Source of the DNA: Myxococcota bacterium
GTDB taxonomy: Bacteria; Myxococcota_A; UBA9160; UBA6930
Length of the DNA: 64,000 bases
NCBI GenBank assembly: GCA_028277885.1
Contig: JANQFK010000022.1
Coordinates: 176,052-240,051 of the forward strand
Direction: 5' to 3'
Below are positions 49,676 to 57,992 of the stretch, one piece after another. Both the position numbers and the translations under genes were made by a program. Below the pieces are notes generated by a model. The model saw only the letters and a list, made by a program, of their open reading frames with translations. It ran no database searches and was not told the DNA's origin. The stretch's first letter is position 1. Every line of letters starts with the position of its first letter.

Positions 49676-50806
49676 ATGAGCGGAGCCTTCCATCGACGGC
49701 CCCCGGGCGGCGAGCCCGTGCGCGCCGGACAGCTCGCGCACCTGCTGCGCGAGCGCGATCCCGGCGAGCGGCTGGCGGCCCGCCTGCGCGAGCGGCTCGG
49801 CGTCGAGCACGTGGGCTTCCACGCCTCGGGCCGCGAGGCCCTGCGCGCGCTCCTCGTCGCGGTGGCGGCCCGCACGGGTCGCGGCGAGGTCCTGGTGCCC
49901 GCCTACACCTGCTACTCGGTGCCGTCGGCGGTGGCCGCGGCGGGCCTGCGCGTGCGCCTGGTGGAGGTGGACGCCCGGGGCGCCCTCGATGCCGGGCGCC
50001 TCGCGGACGCCCCGCTCCGGGCCGCCGCGGCGCTGGTGGTCTGCAACCTGTTCGGCGTTCCCGAGCCCCTGGCGCCGCTGCGCGAGATCGCGGCCGCGGC
50101 CGGCGTCTTCGTGGTGGACGACGCCGCCCAGTCCTTCGGCGCCGCGTCCTGCGAGGGGCCGGTGGGAGGGCGCGGCGATGCCGGGATCCTCAGCCTGGGG
50201 CGGGGCAAGCCGCTCTCGGGACTCGGCGGAGGCGTCCTCGTCGGCTCCCGGGAGGCGGAGCTCGCCGCGCCTCCGCGGCCCGCGGGCGGGCGCGCGAGCG
50301 CGCTGCTGCGCGCCCTCGCCTACGACGCCGCCCTCTCACCGCGGGTCTTCCCCTGGCTCGCGAGGCTGCCGGGCCTCGAGGTCGGCGTCACGCGCTTCGA
50401 CCCGGGCTTCCGGCGCGGAGCGATCCGCGGCGACGCCCTCGCGCTGGCGGATGCGCACCTCGCCGTCTTCGACGCCGAGGTCGAGGGCCGGCGCGCGCTC
50501 GCGCAGGACCTCGGCGAGAGCGTCGCCCGCGCCGGGCTCACGCCGCTCGCCGCGCCGAGCCGGCAGGGCGTCTACCCGCGACTCGTCCTGCGCGCTCCCG
50601 ACGCGACGCGCCGCGAGCGCCTGCTCGAGCGCCTGCGACCCCTCGGCGCGAGCGGGATGTACCCGGCGGCCCTGAGCGAGGTCGCGGCCCTGGTCCCGCA
50701 CCGTGCCGACGCGGAGCGCTGCCCGGTCGCCGAGGACCTGGCGCGCCGCATCCTCACCCTGCCCCTGCACCCGGCGATCGCCGAGGGCCTCGACGAGCTC
50801 GTCTAG
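49676..50806 (+). CDS. DegT/DnrJ/EryC1-like PLP aminotransferase-fold protein
   Basis: Motifs VPAYTCYSVPSAV, VVDDAAQSFGA and SLGRGKPLS (candidate PLP Lys). Confidence 0.8.
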   Translation: MSGAFHRRPPGGEPVRAGQLAHLLRERDPGERLAARLRERLGVEHVGFHASGREALRALLVAVAARTGRGEVLVPAYTCYSVPSAVAAAGLRVRLVEVDARGALDAGRLADAPLRAAAALVVCNLFGVPEPLAPLREIAAAAGVFVVDDAAQSFGAASCEGPVGGRGDAGILSLGRGKPLSGLGGGVLVGSREAELAAPPRPAGGRASALLRALAYDAALSPRVFPWLARLPGLEVGVTRFDPGFRRGAIRGDALALADAHLAVFDAEVEGRRALAQDLGESVARAGLTPLAAPSRQGVYPRLVLRAPDATRRERLLERLRPLGASGMYPAALSEVAALVPHRADAERCPVAEDLARRILTLPLHPAIAEGLDELV

Positions 50807-50865
50807 GAGGCCGACCCGAGAGGGTCAGCCGACGACGCGAAAGATCCTGCGAAGCGGAATCGCAG

Positions 50866-51669
50866 CTAGCCCGCTCGCCGACGCGTCTCGATCCAGGCCA
50901 GGGCCAGCACGAAGGCGACGAGGGGCAGGCCCGACTGGAGCGCGTGCCGGCCCAGGGCCGGCTGGCCGAGCAGCAGCAGGCCCGCCGCCCCGAGCACCGC
51001 GACCGCCTGTCCCGGGATCGCCCACAGGCCGAAGACGAGCGCGCGCCGTAGCAGGCCGGCGGACCCCGCGCGCGCCCGCACTCCCGCGTACCACCCCATG
51101 CCCGCCAGCAGCACGGCGAGGCGCAGGCCGCCTTCGTCGATGCCGAGCTCGGCCCCCGACGGGGTGCGCAGCAGCGGACCGCTCGCCGTCAGCCCGGCAC
51201 CGAGAGCGCTCCAGACCCCGGCCGCGAAGCGCGCGAGAGGCGCCTCGAGCCAGGACGAGACCAGGCTCGTCGCCGCGGTGGGGGGCGGCACGATCCACAG
51301 CGAGAGGGCCGCGGCAGGCAGGCTCGGCCGGCCCGTCGCGAGCGCCAGGCCGCAGAACGCCACGGGCAGGCCCAGGCGGGCGACGGACCACGCCCCGCCG
51401 GCGATGCCGAGAATCTGGAGCGCGACGCCGGCCACGAGTGCGACGCTGCCGAGCCGCGGGCGGCGCGGGGAGGCGGGCTCGCCCCGCGAGCACAGCACGA
51501 TCAGGATCGGCGCGACCGCGATGCCCCAGCTGCGGTCCACCGCGGTCAGGCTGCGGACGAGATCGAAGAGGACCGGCGAGAAGGCGGCGCCCAGGGCGAG
51601 CCAGGGCAGGGCCGCCTGGGAGCGGGCGGGGTCGGGATGGCTCAGCTCAGCCCCCGATCCCGGCAGCAC
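50866..51669 (-). CDS. exosortase/archaeosortase-like polytopic membrane protein, divergent; canonical catalytic Cys not evident
   Basis: 267 aa, about 8 TM segments, with an EpsH-like layout (RSWG near the N-terminus, SLWIVPPP, GIDEGGLRLAVLL where xxCSGxR is expected, HALQSG near the C-terminus). High GC3. The CDS call is more secure than the family call. Confidence 0.6.
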   Translation of the reverse strand: MLPGSGAELSHPDPARSQAALPWLALGAAFSPVLFDLVRSLTAVDRSWGIAVAPILIVLCSRGEPASPRRPRLGSVALVAGVALQILGIAGGAWSVARLGLPVAFCGLALATGRPSLPAAALSLWIVPPPTAATSLVSSWLEAPLARFAAGVWSALGAGLTASGPLLRTPSGAELGIDEGGLRLAVLLAGMGWYAGVRARAGSAGLLRRALVFGLWAIPGQAVAVLGAAGLLLLGQPALGRHALQSGLPLVAFVLALAWIETRRRAG

Positions 51670-52732
51670 CGCCGGCGCCGATCGCGGCGCCGGGTGGCGC
51701 GGCGTGGAGCGCGCGATCGGTCTTGAGCGCGCACGCGAAGGACCAGCCGCGGGTCAGCCCCATGCGCGGCAGGCGCAGCGGGTCCGAGCCCGGCCGCACC
51801 GCGCCGAGCTCGGTGGTGAAGGCGGCCTCGCAGCCGCTGCGCGCGATGGCGCTGCGGGCCGCTTCGCTCTGGTGCTCGGGCCCGCCGTAGGGGTAGGCGA
51901 AGGTGGCGACGGGCGCGTCGAGCTCCGCCGCCAGGCGCTCGACGGAGCCCAGCACCTCGGCCTCGCACTCGGCGGCGTCGAGCTGCGCGAGGTTGGCGTG
52001 GGAGCGGGTGTGGGCGCCGAGCTCGAAGCCGCGCCGGCGCAGCTCGCGGACCTGGTCCCAGTCGAGCAGCGGTGCCGCGCGCCCCCGCTCGGGCAGCTTC
52101 GCGTGGGCGGCCCCGGCGAGGGCCCGCAGCGCGGCCTCGATCTCGGCGGGCGGGGTGCGCATCAGGGCCATCGAGAGCTGCCAGTGGGCGCTCTCGCGCT
52201 GGGCGTCGCTCGCGAGGGGCAGGCGCTCGGGCAGGGACCAGCGCGCGCGCAGCTCCGGCGCGCAGGCGGCGACGTCGAGGCTCTCGGCGCGGCTCGCCCG
52301 CAGCGCCTCGCCCAGGCGCTCCCACCAGAACAGCCGGTCGGTCCCCACGAAGTCGGTGTTGAGGAACACCGTGGCGGGAATCCGGAGGGACTCGAGGAGC
52401 GGGGCGGCGAGGTGGAGGTTGTCGGCGTAGCCGTCGTCGAAGCTCACGCCGAATGCGGGCGCGGCGTCGGGCTCGCGGCGCAGCAGCTGCGAGAGGGGCA
52501 GCGGCTCGGCGTGGCGGCGCATGAAGCGCAGCTGGGCCTCGAGCACGTCGAGGGGCACGCCGCGCTCGACCCCGTAGCCCGGGGGCTCGCTGCGCGCGGC
52601 CCGGCCACCGGCGGGCGCCACGCGGTGGTAGACGAGGACGAGCGCGGTGCCGCGCGCCTCCGGGCGACGCCATCGGCGCCGGTACCACCCGCAGGCGTGG
52701 AGGAGCGGGCTGAAGAGCTTCTCCAGCATCAT
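51647..52732 (-). CDS. polysaccharide deacetylase (CE4/NodB-type)
   Basis: Motifs LVYHRV, VSFDDGYADN, ATVFL, LGAHTRSH and AYPYG. Confidence 0.9.
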   Translation of the reverse strand: MMLEKLFSPLLHACGWYRRRWRRPEARGTALVLVYHRVAPAGGRAARSEPPGYGVERGVPLDVLEAQLRFMRRHAEPLPLSQLLRREPDAAPAFGVSFDDGYADNLHLAAPLLESLRIPATVFLNTDFVGTDRLFWWERLGEALRASRAESLDVAACAPELRARWSLPERLPLASDAQRESAHWQLSMALMRTPPAEIEAALRALAGAAHAKLPERGRAAPLLDWDQVRELRRRGFELGAHTRSHANLAQLDAAECEAEVLGSVERLAAELDAPVATFAYPYGGPEHQSEAARSAIARSGCEAAFTTELGAVRPGSDPLRLPRMGLTRGWSFACALKTDRALHAAPPGAAIGAGGAAGIGG

Positions 52733-52826
52733 CCGGGTGTACGGTATCGGGCACCCCCGGTGGCGGCTATAGTCCGGCGCCGGGTACGCCGCCTTGCGGC
52801 GGACGAGGCCGACGAGCCGGGCAGGG

Positions 52827-52845
52827 CGGCTTCGCTTTCGGGGGG
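52827..52845 (+). repeat. conserved intergenic motif, copy B (CGGCTTCGCTTTCGGGGGG)
   Basis: Matches copy A except for one missing G. Lies 13 nt upstream of the TTG start at 52858. Confidence 0.5.
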
Positions 52846-52857
52846 CGAGCGGCGCGA

Positions 52858-53943
52858 TTGGGACGGAACGTCGTCAGCCTGATCGCCTCCCTGGCCGTCA
52901 CCGCGCTCCTCGCCGAAGGCGCCCTGCGCCTGTTCTTCGTGCCGGCGCCGCCCTGGCGCGAGCCCCAGACGCGCCACGTCGAGAGCCCGCTGCTGGGCTG
53001 GGGCCTGCCGCCCGGCTCCCGGTCCTTCACCATCGACGCGCCGGTCTCGGTGAACGCCCACGGCCTGCGCGACGACGAGTTCCCGCGGGCCAAGCCTCCG
53101 GGCGAGACCCGCGTCCTCGCGCTGGGCGACTCCTTCACCTTCGCGCTGGGCGTGCGCTTCGAGGACCTGTACGTCCAGCAGCTCGAGCGCCTGCTCGACG
53201 CGCGCCATCCCGAACGCCGCCACCAGGTCATCAACGCCGGCGTGGCGGGCTACAACACCCGCCAGGAGCTGATCTACCTGCGCGCGGAGGGCCTCGGCTT
53301 CGAGCCGGACCTGGTCACCGTGGGCTTCTACTGGAACGACCTGCTCGGCAACGAGGAGCCGCTCCCGGATCTCGCGACGCCCCGGCTGCCCGAGCGCATC
53401 GAGACCCTGGGCCGCGACGAGCGCCGCCACACCCTGCCGCCCTGGATCCGCGAGCGGCTGCGCTCGAGCGTGCTGCTCTACCAGGTGGTGACGCGCGCGA
53501 AGCGCCTCGGCCAGGCCTTCGACCCGCCCACGGACCCCTACTCCCGTGCCCAGCAGGCGCTGCTCGAAGGCGACGCCGCGGTGCTGGACCCGCTCTGGGA
53601 GGCCACGGGCCGCCGGCTGCGCGAGCTGGCCGCCGCCCTCGAGCCGGGCGCCATCCCCGCGGTGCTGGTCGTCTTCCCCATGGAGAACCAGATCCGCCGC
53701 GACTACCCGCAGCTGGTCTTCGCCGAGCGCCTGCGCGAGATCTGGGAGCCCACCGGCCACCCCCTGGTGGATCTCGAGCCGGCCTACCGCGCCGCCCTCG
53801 AGGCCGGTGACAACCCCTTCCTGCCCTACGACCTCCACCCCAACGCCCTCGGGATGCGGATCGCCGCCGAAGCGATCTACCAGGCGATCCGCGACGGAGG
53901 CCTCCTCGGCGGGGCGAAGGGCCGGGGCGCGCGCCGCGGATGA
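52858..53943 (+). CDS. SGNH/GDSL hydrolase
   Basis: TTG start, N-terminal anchor. Motifs ALGDSFT, NAGVAGYNT, YWNDL and DLHPN. Confidence 0.85.
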   Translation: MGRNVVSLIASLAVTALLAEGALRLFFVPAPPWREPQTRHVESPLLGWGLPPGSRSFTIDAPVSVNAHGLRDDEFPRAKPPGETRVLALGDSFTFALGVRFEDLYVQQLERLLDARHPERRHQVINAGVAGYNTRQELIYLRAEGLGFEPDLVTVGFYWNDLLGNEEPLPDLATPRLPERIETLGRDERRHTLPPWIRERLRSSVLLYQVVTRAKRLGQAFDPPTDPYSRAQQALLEGDAAVLDPLWEATGRRLRELAAALEPGAIPAVLVVFPMENQIRRDYPQLVFAERLREIWEPTGHPLVDLEPAYRAALEAGDNPFLPYDLHPNALGMRIAAEAIYQAIRDGGLLGGAKGRGARRG

Positions 53944-54749
53944 GCTGGGTCGACGCGGTGGCGGCGGCGGTCGAGCGCAGCGGTCTCGCCTCGCCGGGAG
54001 CGACCCCGGGGCCGCTGCTGCTCATGTACCACGGCCTGGGGGGCGAGGACGGCGTGGCGCCGGACGCCTTCGAGTCCCAGCTGGATCGCCTGGCCGCCGC
54101 GCGCCGCGTCGTCCCCCTCGGCGATGCCGTGGCGGCGCTGGGCACCCAGGCGGCGGGCGGGCTCGCGAGCGTCACCTTCGACGACGGCTACCGCGACTTC
54201 GTCGAGCTGGCGCTCCCGCGCCTCGCCGCCCGCGCGATGCACGCCACGTTGTTCGTGCCCGCCGGCTTCCTCGGCGGCCACAACGCCTGGGACGAGGGCC
54301 TGCATCCACGGCGCGAGATCCTCGACGAGGACCAGCTGCGGGCGATCGATCCGCAGCGGGCCGCCATCGGCGCCCACGGCTTCAGCCACTGCCGCCTCGC
54401 CGGCCTCGACGACGCGGCCCTCGCCCGCGAGACCCGCGACGCCAAGGCCCGGCTCGAGGCGGTGTGGGGCCACGAGGTGCGGCACTTCGCGTACCCCTAC
54501 GGCCAGCTCGACGACTTCGACGGGCGCGCGGAGCGCGCCGTGCGCGACGCCGGCTTCGAGGCCGCCTGCTCGACGCACTTCGGGCGCGGCAGCACGCCCG
54601 CCGACCGCCACCGCCTGCGCCGGGTCGGCGTCGGCCCCGACGACGACGACGCCCGCTTCGCCCGCAAGCTGAGCGGTGCCTACGACTGGTGCGCGACGAA
54701 GGAGCGCTGGGGCGCGCGCTGGCGCCGCGGACGGTCCGGTGGCCGCTGA
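53940..54749 (+). CDS. polysaccharide deacetylase (CE4/NodB-type)
   Basis: ATG forms an ATGA overlap. Motifs LMYHGL, VTFDDGYRD, ATLFV, GAHGFSH and AYPYG. Confidence 0.9.
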   Translation: MSWVDAVAAAVERSGLASPGATPGPLLLMYHGLGGEDGVAPDAFESQLDRLAAARRVVPLGDAVAALGTQAAGGLASVTFDDGYRDFVELALPRLAARAMHATLFVPAGFLGGHNAWDEGLHPRREILDEDQLRAIDPQRAAIGAHGFSHCRLAGLDDAALARETRDAKARLEAVWGHEVRHFAYPYGQLDDFDGRAERAVRDAGFEAACSTHFGRGSTPADRHRLRRVGVGPDDDDARFARKLSGAYDWCATKERWGARWRRGRSGGR

Positions 54750-55845
54750 CCTCAAGGCCGCGGTGGTGCGGGACGCCGCCGGTCTCGCGGCCCTGGGGGC
54801 CGAGTGGGACGCGCTGCTCGAGCGCGCCGGCCGCCCGAGCGCCTTCCTCGAGTCGCGCTGGCTGCGGGCCTGGTGGTCCGCCTACGCGGACGGGCGCGAG
54901 CTCCGCGTGGTGACGCTGCGCCGGGAGGGGCGCCTCGAGGCCGCGGCTCCGCTCTTCGTGCAGCGAGGCCGGGGCCTCGCGAGCCTGCACCTGCTGGGCC
55001 AGGGGCGCCTCGACGAGCTCGGCTGCCTGGTCGACGCGGCGGCTCCCGACGCCTGGCCGGCCCTCGGCAGCGCGCTCGCCGGGCTGCCGGAGTGGGACGC
55101 CCTCGAGCTCCACTCCTGGTCCCTCGGCCACGACGCCCTCGAGCGCCTGGTGACCGGGCTCGGGCCGGGCTTCGCCTGGGCGGTGCGCAGCTACGAGCGC
55201 TGCCCCTTCGTCTCGGTCGACGGCACCTGGGAGCAGGGCCTCGCCGCGCGCACCTCGCGCTTCCGCAAGTGGGTGCGGAAGGTCGAGCGCAAGGCCACGG
55301 GCTACGGCGCCACCCGGCTCGAGTGCCGGCGCGGCAGCGGGATCGAGCCGGCCCACCTGCGGGAGCTGGCCGCCCTCGAGTCGCGCAGCCGCCACGGCCG
55401 GGCGGGCACGGGCCACTTCGCGGACCCGCGCTTCGCGCGGATGCTCGAGGCGCTGCTCGGCGAGCCGGACCCGCCCCTCGAGCTCCAGCTGCTGCGGGTC
55501 GATGGCCGCCTGGTGGCGGCCGAGCTGCTCGGCCTCGGCGGTCCCTCGCTGCTCGGGCTGTGGACGTGCTTCGACGCCGAGCTTCCCTACACCGGGACCT
55601 ACGTGGTGAACCGCGCGATCCAGAGCGCCTTCGAGCGCGGCGCGGCGAGCTTCGAGTTCCTCCAGGGCGACGAGCGCTACAAGCTCACCTGGGCGACCGG
55701 GGAGCGCGAGGTGCTCCAGGCCTGCATCGCGCGCCGGCGCCCGGCGGCCCGCCTCTGGCTGGGGGCCCGGCGGCTGCGCTGGTGGGCGGCGGGGTCGCGC
55801 CGCCTGCGACCCGTCCTCGAGCGGCTGCGCAGCCTCGCGCGCTAG
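54739..55845 (+). CDS. GNAT-fold acyltransferase, CelD/BcsL-like
   Basis: Track ORF 54676..55845 trimmed to GTG 54739 (VAADLKAAVVRDAAGL). Motifs FLESRWLRAWW and FEFLQGDERYKLTWAT. Confidence 0.8.
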   Translation: MAADLKAAVVRDAAGLAALGAEWDALLERAGRPSAFLESRWLRAWWSAYADGRELRVVTLRREGRLEAAAPLFVQRGRGLASLHLLGQGRLDELGCLVDAAAPDAWPALGSALAGLPEWDALELHSWSLGHDALERLVTGLGPGFAWAVRSYERCPFVSVDGTWEQGLAARTSRFRKWVRKVERKATGYGATRLECRRGSGIEPAHLRELAALESRSRHGRAGTGHFADPRFARMLEALLGEPDPPLELQLLRVDGRLVAAELLGLGGPSLLGLWTCFDAELPYTGTYVVNRAIQSAFERGAASFEFLQGDERYKLTWATGEREVLQACIARRRPAARLWLGARRLRWWAAGSRRLRPVLERLRSLAR

Positions 55846-56960
55846 CGCGCCAGGCGCTCGCGGTAGACGGCGAGGGTCTCGTCGAGCATGCGCTCCGCCG
55901 AGAGCTCCCCGGCCACCGAGCGGCGCGCGCCCGCCGAGAGCCGCCGGGCCAGTGCGGGATCGGCGAGGATGCGCTCCACGCCCTCGGCGATGGACTCGGC
56001 GCTGCGCGCGTCGGCGAGCAGGGCGTTCTCCTCGTGACGCAGCACCTCGGGCAGGCCGCCCACCCGCGGCGCCACCACCGGAAGGCCGGCGCAGAGCGCC
56101 TCGAGGAGCGCGTAGGGCACGCCCTCGGACCGCGAGGTGAAGACCAGCACGTCGAGGGCGTCGAGGCGCTCGGCCACGTCGTCGACGCCGCCCAGGAACG
56201 CCACACCGGAGCCGAGGCCCCGCTCCCGGGCCTCGGACTCGAGGGCCCCGCGCAGCGGGCCGTCTCCGAGGATCCAGCCCTCGAGGGCGGGGCGGGAGCG
56301 CCGGAGCCGCTCGACGACCCGCAGGAAGAGGGCGTGGTCCTTCACCGGCACCAGCCGTCCCACGCAGCCGATCCGCGGCGGCGCTCCGGCCTCCCGCGGC
56401 GCGGGCTCGCCGCGGCGACACAGCAGCCCGTTCCGCACCACCCGGATCCGCGCGGCGGGCAGCCAGCGCCGCACGTAGTCGTCGCGCACGTCCTCGCACA
56501 CGGCGACGAAGGCGCCAGCGCGCAGCACCGGCAGCCAGCGCGCGAGGCGGTTGTACCACCAGATGCGCGTCCCGGGACCCGGGCCGGGCTCGACGCTCGC
56601 GTGGAGGGTGACCAGCAGCTCCGCGTCGAGGCCGACGCTCGCCAGCCCGGCCCACAGCACGCCCAGGTAGCCGTGGGCGTGCACCACGTGGGGCCGCGCC
56701 TCGCGCAGGTGCCGGCGCAGCGCGCGGATGCGCGCGCGCCCCGACCCCGGCAGGGCGAGCACGGCGGCGCCCTCGGCGCGGAAGCGGTCGGCCACGGGGC
56801 CGGCCTCGCTGAACACGAAGCGGGCGTCCACGGCGTCGGGCCGCTCCCGTCCGGCGAGGTGCAGCTGGAGCAGGTGCGACTCCATGCCCGCCCACACCGA
56901 GCCATCCGTGACGTGCACGACGCGGATCGGTGCAGCGGAGCCGGACTCCGGGGACGCCAT
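55842..56960 (-). CDS. GT4 glycosyltransferase
   Basis: Track ORF 55842..57686 trimmed to ATG 56960 (MASPESGSAAPIRVVHV). Motif SRSEGVPYALLEALCAGLPVVA. Confidence 0.9.
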   Translation of the reverse strand: MASPESGSAAPIRVVHVTDGSVWAGMESHLLQLHLAGRERPDAVDARFVFSEAGPVADRFRAEGAAVLALPGSGRARIRALRRHLREARPHVVHAHGYLGVLWAGLASVGLDAELLVTLHASVEPGPGPGTRIWWYNRLARWLPVLRAGAFVAVCEDVRDDYVRRWLPAARIRVVRNGLLCRRGEPAPREAGAPPRIGCVGRLVPVKDHALFLRVVERLRRSRPALEGWILGDGPLRGALESEARERGLGSGVAFLGGVDDVAERLDALDVLVFTSRSEGVPYALLEALCAGLPVVAPRVGGLPEVLRHEENALLADARSAESIAEGVERILADPALARRLSAGARRSVAGELSAERMLDETLAVYRERLAR

Positions 56961-56973
56961 GGATCGCCGCGGG

Positions 56974-57002
56974 GTTAGCATGGCGCCGGGGCCGGTGCTA
57001 AC
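56974..57002. repeat. inverted repeat GTTAGCA-N15-TGCTAAC centred in a 54-bp divergent intergenic gap
   Basis: Read directly. The repeat centre (56988) coincides with the midpoint between the two divergent start codons (56960 and 57015). Confidence 0.6.
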
Positions 57003-57014
57003 TCCTGCGCGGCC

Positions 57015-57986
57015 ATGCAGCGCGCGAGGCGGGTGGCGAAGCGGGCCCTCTCCCTCGTCGACCGGGCGTTGGCCTCGTCGGCGCACGGCGAGCCCCCGGA
57101 TCCCGGCGCGCTGCCCGCGGTCTTCATCGTCGGCGGCCCGCGCTCGGGAAGCACGCTGCTCTACCAGGCGTGGGTCCGCTCGCGTCGCTTCGCCTACCTG
57201 AACAACGTGAGCGCGCGCTTCCCGCGCAGCGCCCACCGGGTCGCGCGCCTGCTGGCCATGCAGCGCTGGGAGCCTCCGGCGAGCTTCCGCAGCGAGTACG
57301 GCGACACGCGGGGCCGCGCGGCACCGAGCGAGGCCGGCGACTTCTGGGACCACGCGTTCCCCTGGCGGGTCCACCACGGCGTCGAGCCCGAGGACCTCGA
57401 TGACTCGCGCGTGGCCGCGTTGCGCGCCGTGGTGAGCGGTCTCGTCGAGCTCTACGGGGCGCCGTTCCTCGCCAAGAACCTGTGGCACAGCGTCCGCATC
57501 CCCGCCCTCGACGCGATCCTGCCGGCGGCGGTCTTCGTCGTGCTGCGCCGGGACCCGCTGCTGATGGCCCAGTCCCTGCTCGAGGCGCGCCGGCGCCGCC
57601 TCGGCGAGGCGCCGGGGTTCTGGTCCATCCGGCCGCGGGAGATCGTGCCCCTCGAGCACCTGCCTCCGGTGGAGCACACCGCCCACCAGCTCGCGGCCAC
57701 CTACCGCGCCATCGACGCGGCCCGGCGCCGGCTCGGGGAGGAGCGCTTCGTGGACGTGGACTACGAGGCCTTCTGCGCGGCGCCGGCCGCGGGCATCGCC
57801 GCGCTCGACGCCTTCCTGGAGCGCCGCGGGTGGACGCTCGAGGAGCGCGCCCCCCTGGAGACGACCTTCGCCGCCTCCCGGGAGCTGCGGCTTCCGCCCG
57901 ACGAGATCGAGCGGCTGGAGACGATCTTCCGCGAGCAGTGGCCGGGCGGCTATCCGCCCGGTCCGGGGGCTCGCACCGTCTCCTGA
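57015..57986 (+). CDS. PAPS-dependent sulfotransferase-family protein
   Basis: 5'-PSB-like FIVGGPRSGSTLLYQ and 3'-PB-like VVLRRDPLLMAQS. Confidence 0.85.
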   Translation: MQRARRVAKRALSLVDRALASSAHGEPPDPGALPAVFIVGGPRSGSTLLYQAWVRSRRFAYLNNVSARFPRSAHRVARLLAMQRWEPPASFRSEYGDTRGRAAPSEAGDFWDHAFPWRVHHGVEPEDLDDSRVAALRAVVSGLVELYGAPFLAKNLWHSVRIPALDAILPAAVFVVLRRDPLLMAQSLLEARRRRLGEAPGFWSIRPREIVPLEHLPPVEHTAHQLAATYRAIDAARRRLGEERFVDVDYEAFCAAPAAGIAALDAFLERRGWTLEERAPLETTFAASRELRLPPDEIERLETIFREQWPGGYPPGPGARTVS

Positions 57987-57992
57987 GCCGGC

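Noticed and set aside
50813-50826. Small hairpin GACCC-GAGA-GGGTC between the convergent DegT-like and exosortase-like genes as a terminator.
   Set aside because: Only a 5-bp stem with no U-tract, which is too weak to call.
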